Origin: Candidatus Saccharimonadota bacterium | GTDB lineage: Bacteria > Pseudomonadota > Gammaproteobacteria > Enterobacterales > Enterobacteriaceae | NCBI RefSeq assembly: GCF_017656055.1 | Contig: NZ_CP069383.1 | Location: 150,001 to 182,000 of the forward strand | DNA length: 32,000 nt | Direction of reading: 5' to 3' | Shown here: piece after piece, positions 30,762 to 32,000 of the stretch | Position numbering within the stretch: position 1 is the first letter of the stretch | Layout: every line of letters begins with the position of its first letter | Translations under genes and position numbers: made by a program | The notes under the pieces: generated by a model | Told to the model about the DNA's origin: nothing | Seen by the model: the letters and a program-made list of their open reading frames with translations, nothing else | Database searches by the model: none

Positions 30762-31160
30762 ATGAATATACAAGATCCAATATCTGATATGATAGTAAAT
30801 ATAAAAAATGGTCAATTATCTAATAAAAAGTTTATTTTTACATATTATTCTAAATTAAAATTTAATATATTAAATATTTTAAAAAATGAAGGTTTTATAA
30901 AAAAAATATTTTTTTTGAAATTTAAAAATAATGTTAATAAAATAAAAATATTTTTAAAATATTATAAAAATAAACCTGTTATAGAAAATATTAATATAAT
31001 TAGTAAACCTAGTTTAAGAATATATATTAAAAAAAATTTTGTTAATAGATTTAAATTTAATTTTGGAGTATATATAATATCTACTTCAAAAGGAGTATTT
31101 ACTGATAAAGATATTAAAAAAATTGGTATAGGTGGTGAATTATTATGTTATGTAAATTAA
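30762..31160 (+). CDS. rpsH: Ribosomal protein S8
   Basis: 132 aa. MNIQDPISDMIVNIKNGQ and C-terminal GIGGELLCYVN. Confidence 0.9.
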   Translation: MNIQDPISDMIVNIKNGQLSNKKFIFTYYSKLKFNILNILKNEGFIKKIFFLKFKNNVNKIKIFLKYYKNKPVIENINIISKPSLRIYIKKNFVNRFKFNFGVYIISTSKGVFTDKDIKKIGIGGELLCYVN

Positions 31161-31738
31161 AATATTTTAATGAAAGTAAATTTATTTCTCGTATTGCGAA
31201 AATAAATATATTATTGCCTAATAATATAAATATTAGATATATTAATAATATATTATATTTTGATAATAATATTTATTTTTATGAATTAAAAATAAAAAAA
31301 ATAATTTTAATTATAGTAAAAGATAAATATATTAGTATTAATATAAATAAAAAATATATTAAAAATAAAAAGGAATTGAAATTCTGCAAATCTTATTCTG
31401 GAACTATAAAATCATTAATAAGTAATATTATATTTGGATTAAATTTTGGTTTTTATAAAAAAATTATTATTTATGGAATAGGTTATAAATTAAATGTTGA
31501 GAATAATATTTTAATTTTTAATTTAGGATATTCTCATTTAATAAAATGTAAAGTTCCTATAAATATATTAATTAAAGATTATAATAATAATGAAATAATT
31601 TTATTTAGTTATGATAAAGAGGCCTTAGGAAATTTTTGTAATGAAATAAAAATGTTAAGAAAACCTGATGTATACAAAGGTAAAGGAATAAGATATGATA
31701 ATGATATTATAAAAATAAAAAATTTTAGAAAAAAATAA
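31145..31738 (+). CDS. rplF: Ribosomal protein L6
   Basis: 197 aa. SRIAKINILLP parallels E. coli SRVAKAPVVVP, and C-terminal LRKPDVYKGKGIRYDNDIIKIK is present. The only in-frame ATG upstream of the homologous region is 31145, giving a roughly 13-aa N-terminal extension and a 16-nt overlap with rpsH. A non-ATG start cannot be excluded. Confidence 0.88.
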   Translation: MLCKLKYFNESKFISRIAKINILLPNNINIRYINNILYFDNNIYFYELKIKKIILIIVKDKYISININKKYIKNKKELKFCKSYSGTIKSLISNIIFGLNFGFYKKIIIYGIGYKLNVENNILIFNLGYSHLIKCKVPINILIKDYNNNEIILFSYDKEALGNFCNEIKMLRKPDVYKGKGIRYDNDIIKIKNFRKK

Positions 31739-31739
31739 T

Positions 31740-32000
31740 ATGAATTTAAAAAAAAAGACAAAATTTAGATTATTAAATAAAAATAAAAATTTTTATAGAA
31801 TGTTAATATATAAAACTAATAAACATATATATGTAAATATATATAATAATTTTTTAAATAAAAATATATTGTCTATATCTACATTAAATAAAAATATAAG
31901 AAAAAAATTATTAATTAATAATATTAAAAATAATAATATAAAATCTGCTAAATATATTAGTGAAATAATATTAGAAAAATGTTTAAATATTAATTTATTA
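31740..32000 (+). CDS. rplR: Ribosomal protein L18, 3' end outside the window
   Basis: Hand translation from ATG 31740 gives MNLKKKTKFRLLNKNKNFYRMLIYKTNKHIYVNIYNNFLNKNILSISTLNK... The RL.V.RS..HIYAQ...ST pattern of L18 is recognisable. It follows rplF by 1 nt and is open to the window edge. Confidence 0.8.
   Translation, partial: MNLKKKTKFRLLNKNKNFYRMLIYKTNKHIYVNIYNNFLNKNILSISTLNKNIRKKLLINNIKNNNIKSAKYISEIILEKCLNINLL

Noticed and set aside
1-32000. Searched for CRISPR repeats, IS or transposase genes, integrases, long direct or inverted repeats, toxin-antitoxin pairs and other accessory or defence content.
   Set aside because: Every ORF over about 50 codons is accounted for by a conserved housekeeping gene, and the spacers are too short to hide a gene. 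The only repetitive sequence is A/T low complexity.

Overview
This window is extremely AT-rich (about 85% A+T, estimated by eye, not computed) and almost entirely coding. It looks like core housekeeping DNA from a tiny-genome gammaproteobacterial insect endosymbiont of the Carsonella or Nardonella type; I cannot assign the species. The genetic code is standard: Trp is TGG, and TGA ends rplK and rplD at the expected C-termini. Only tyrS is on the minus strand (partial, running off the left edge, absent from the ORF track). Everything else is on the plus strand: mrcB, dnaK, dnaJ, recA, a half-length alaS, six tRNA genes (Ser-GCU, Arg-ACG, Thr-UGU, Tyr-GUA, Gly-UCC, Thr-GGU), tuf, a 49-codon secE missed by the ORF track, nusG, rplKAJL, rpoBC, rpsL-rpsG-fusA, and the S10 and spc ribosomal protein operons through a partial rplR. 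Gene order matches E. coli blocks as I recall them (recA-[recX]-alaS-[csrA]-serV-argV and thrU-tyrU-glyT-thrT-tufB-secE-nusG), with the small regulator genes removed. I found no mobile elements, CRISPR arrays, defence islands, toxin genes or unexplained gene-sized gaps, so I see no novel multi-gene system here. What deserves a second look are genome-erosion features. These include an AlaRS cut down to its catalytic fragment with no editing domain, a RecA without the acidic C-terminal tail, and an intact class A PBP. They also include a roughly 23 kb array with overlapping genes and no room for regulatory leaders, tightly packed CCA-less tRNAs, and 10-12 nt poly(A) tracts inside essential genes. 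All comparisons with E. coli sequences are from memory and by eye.
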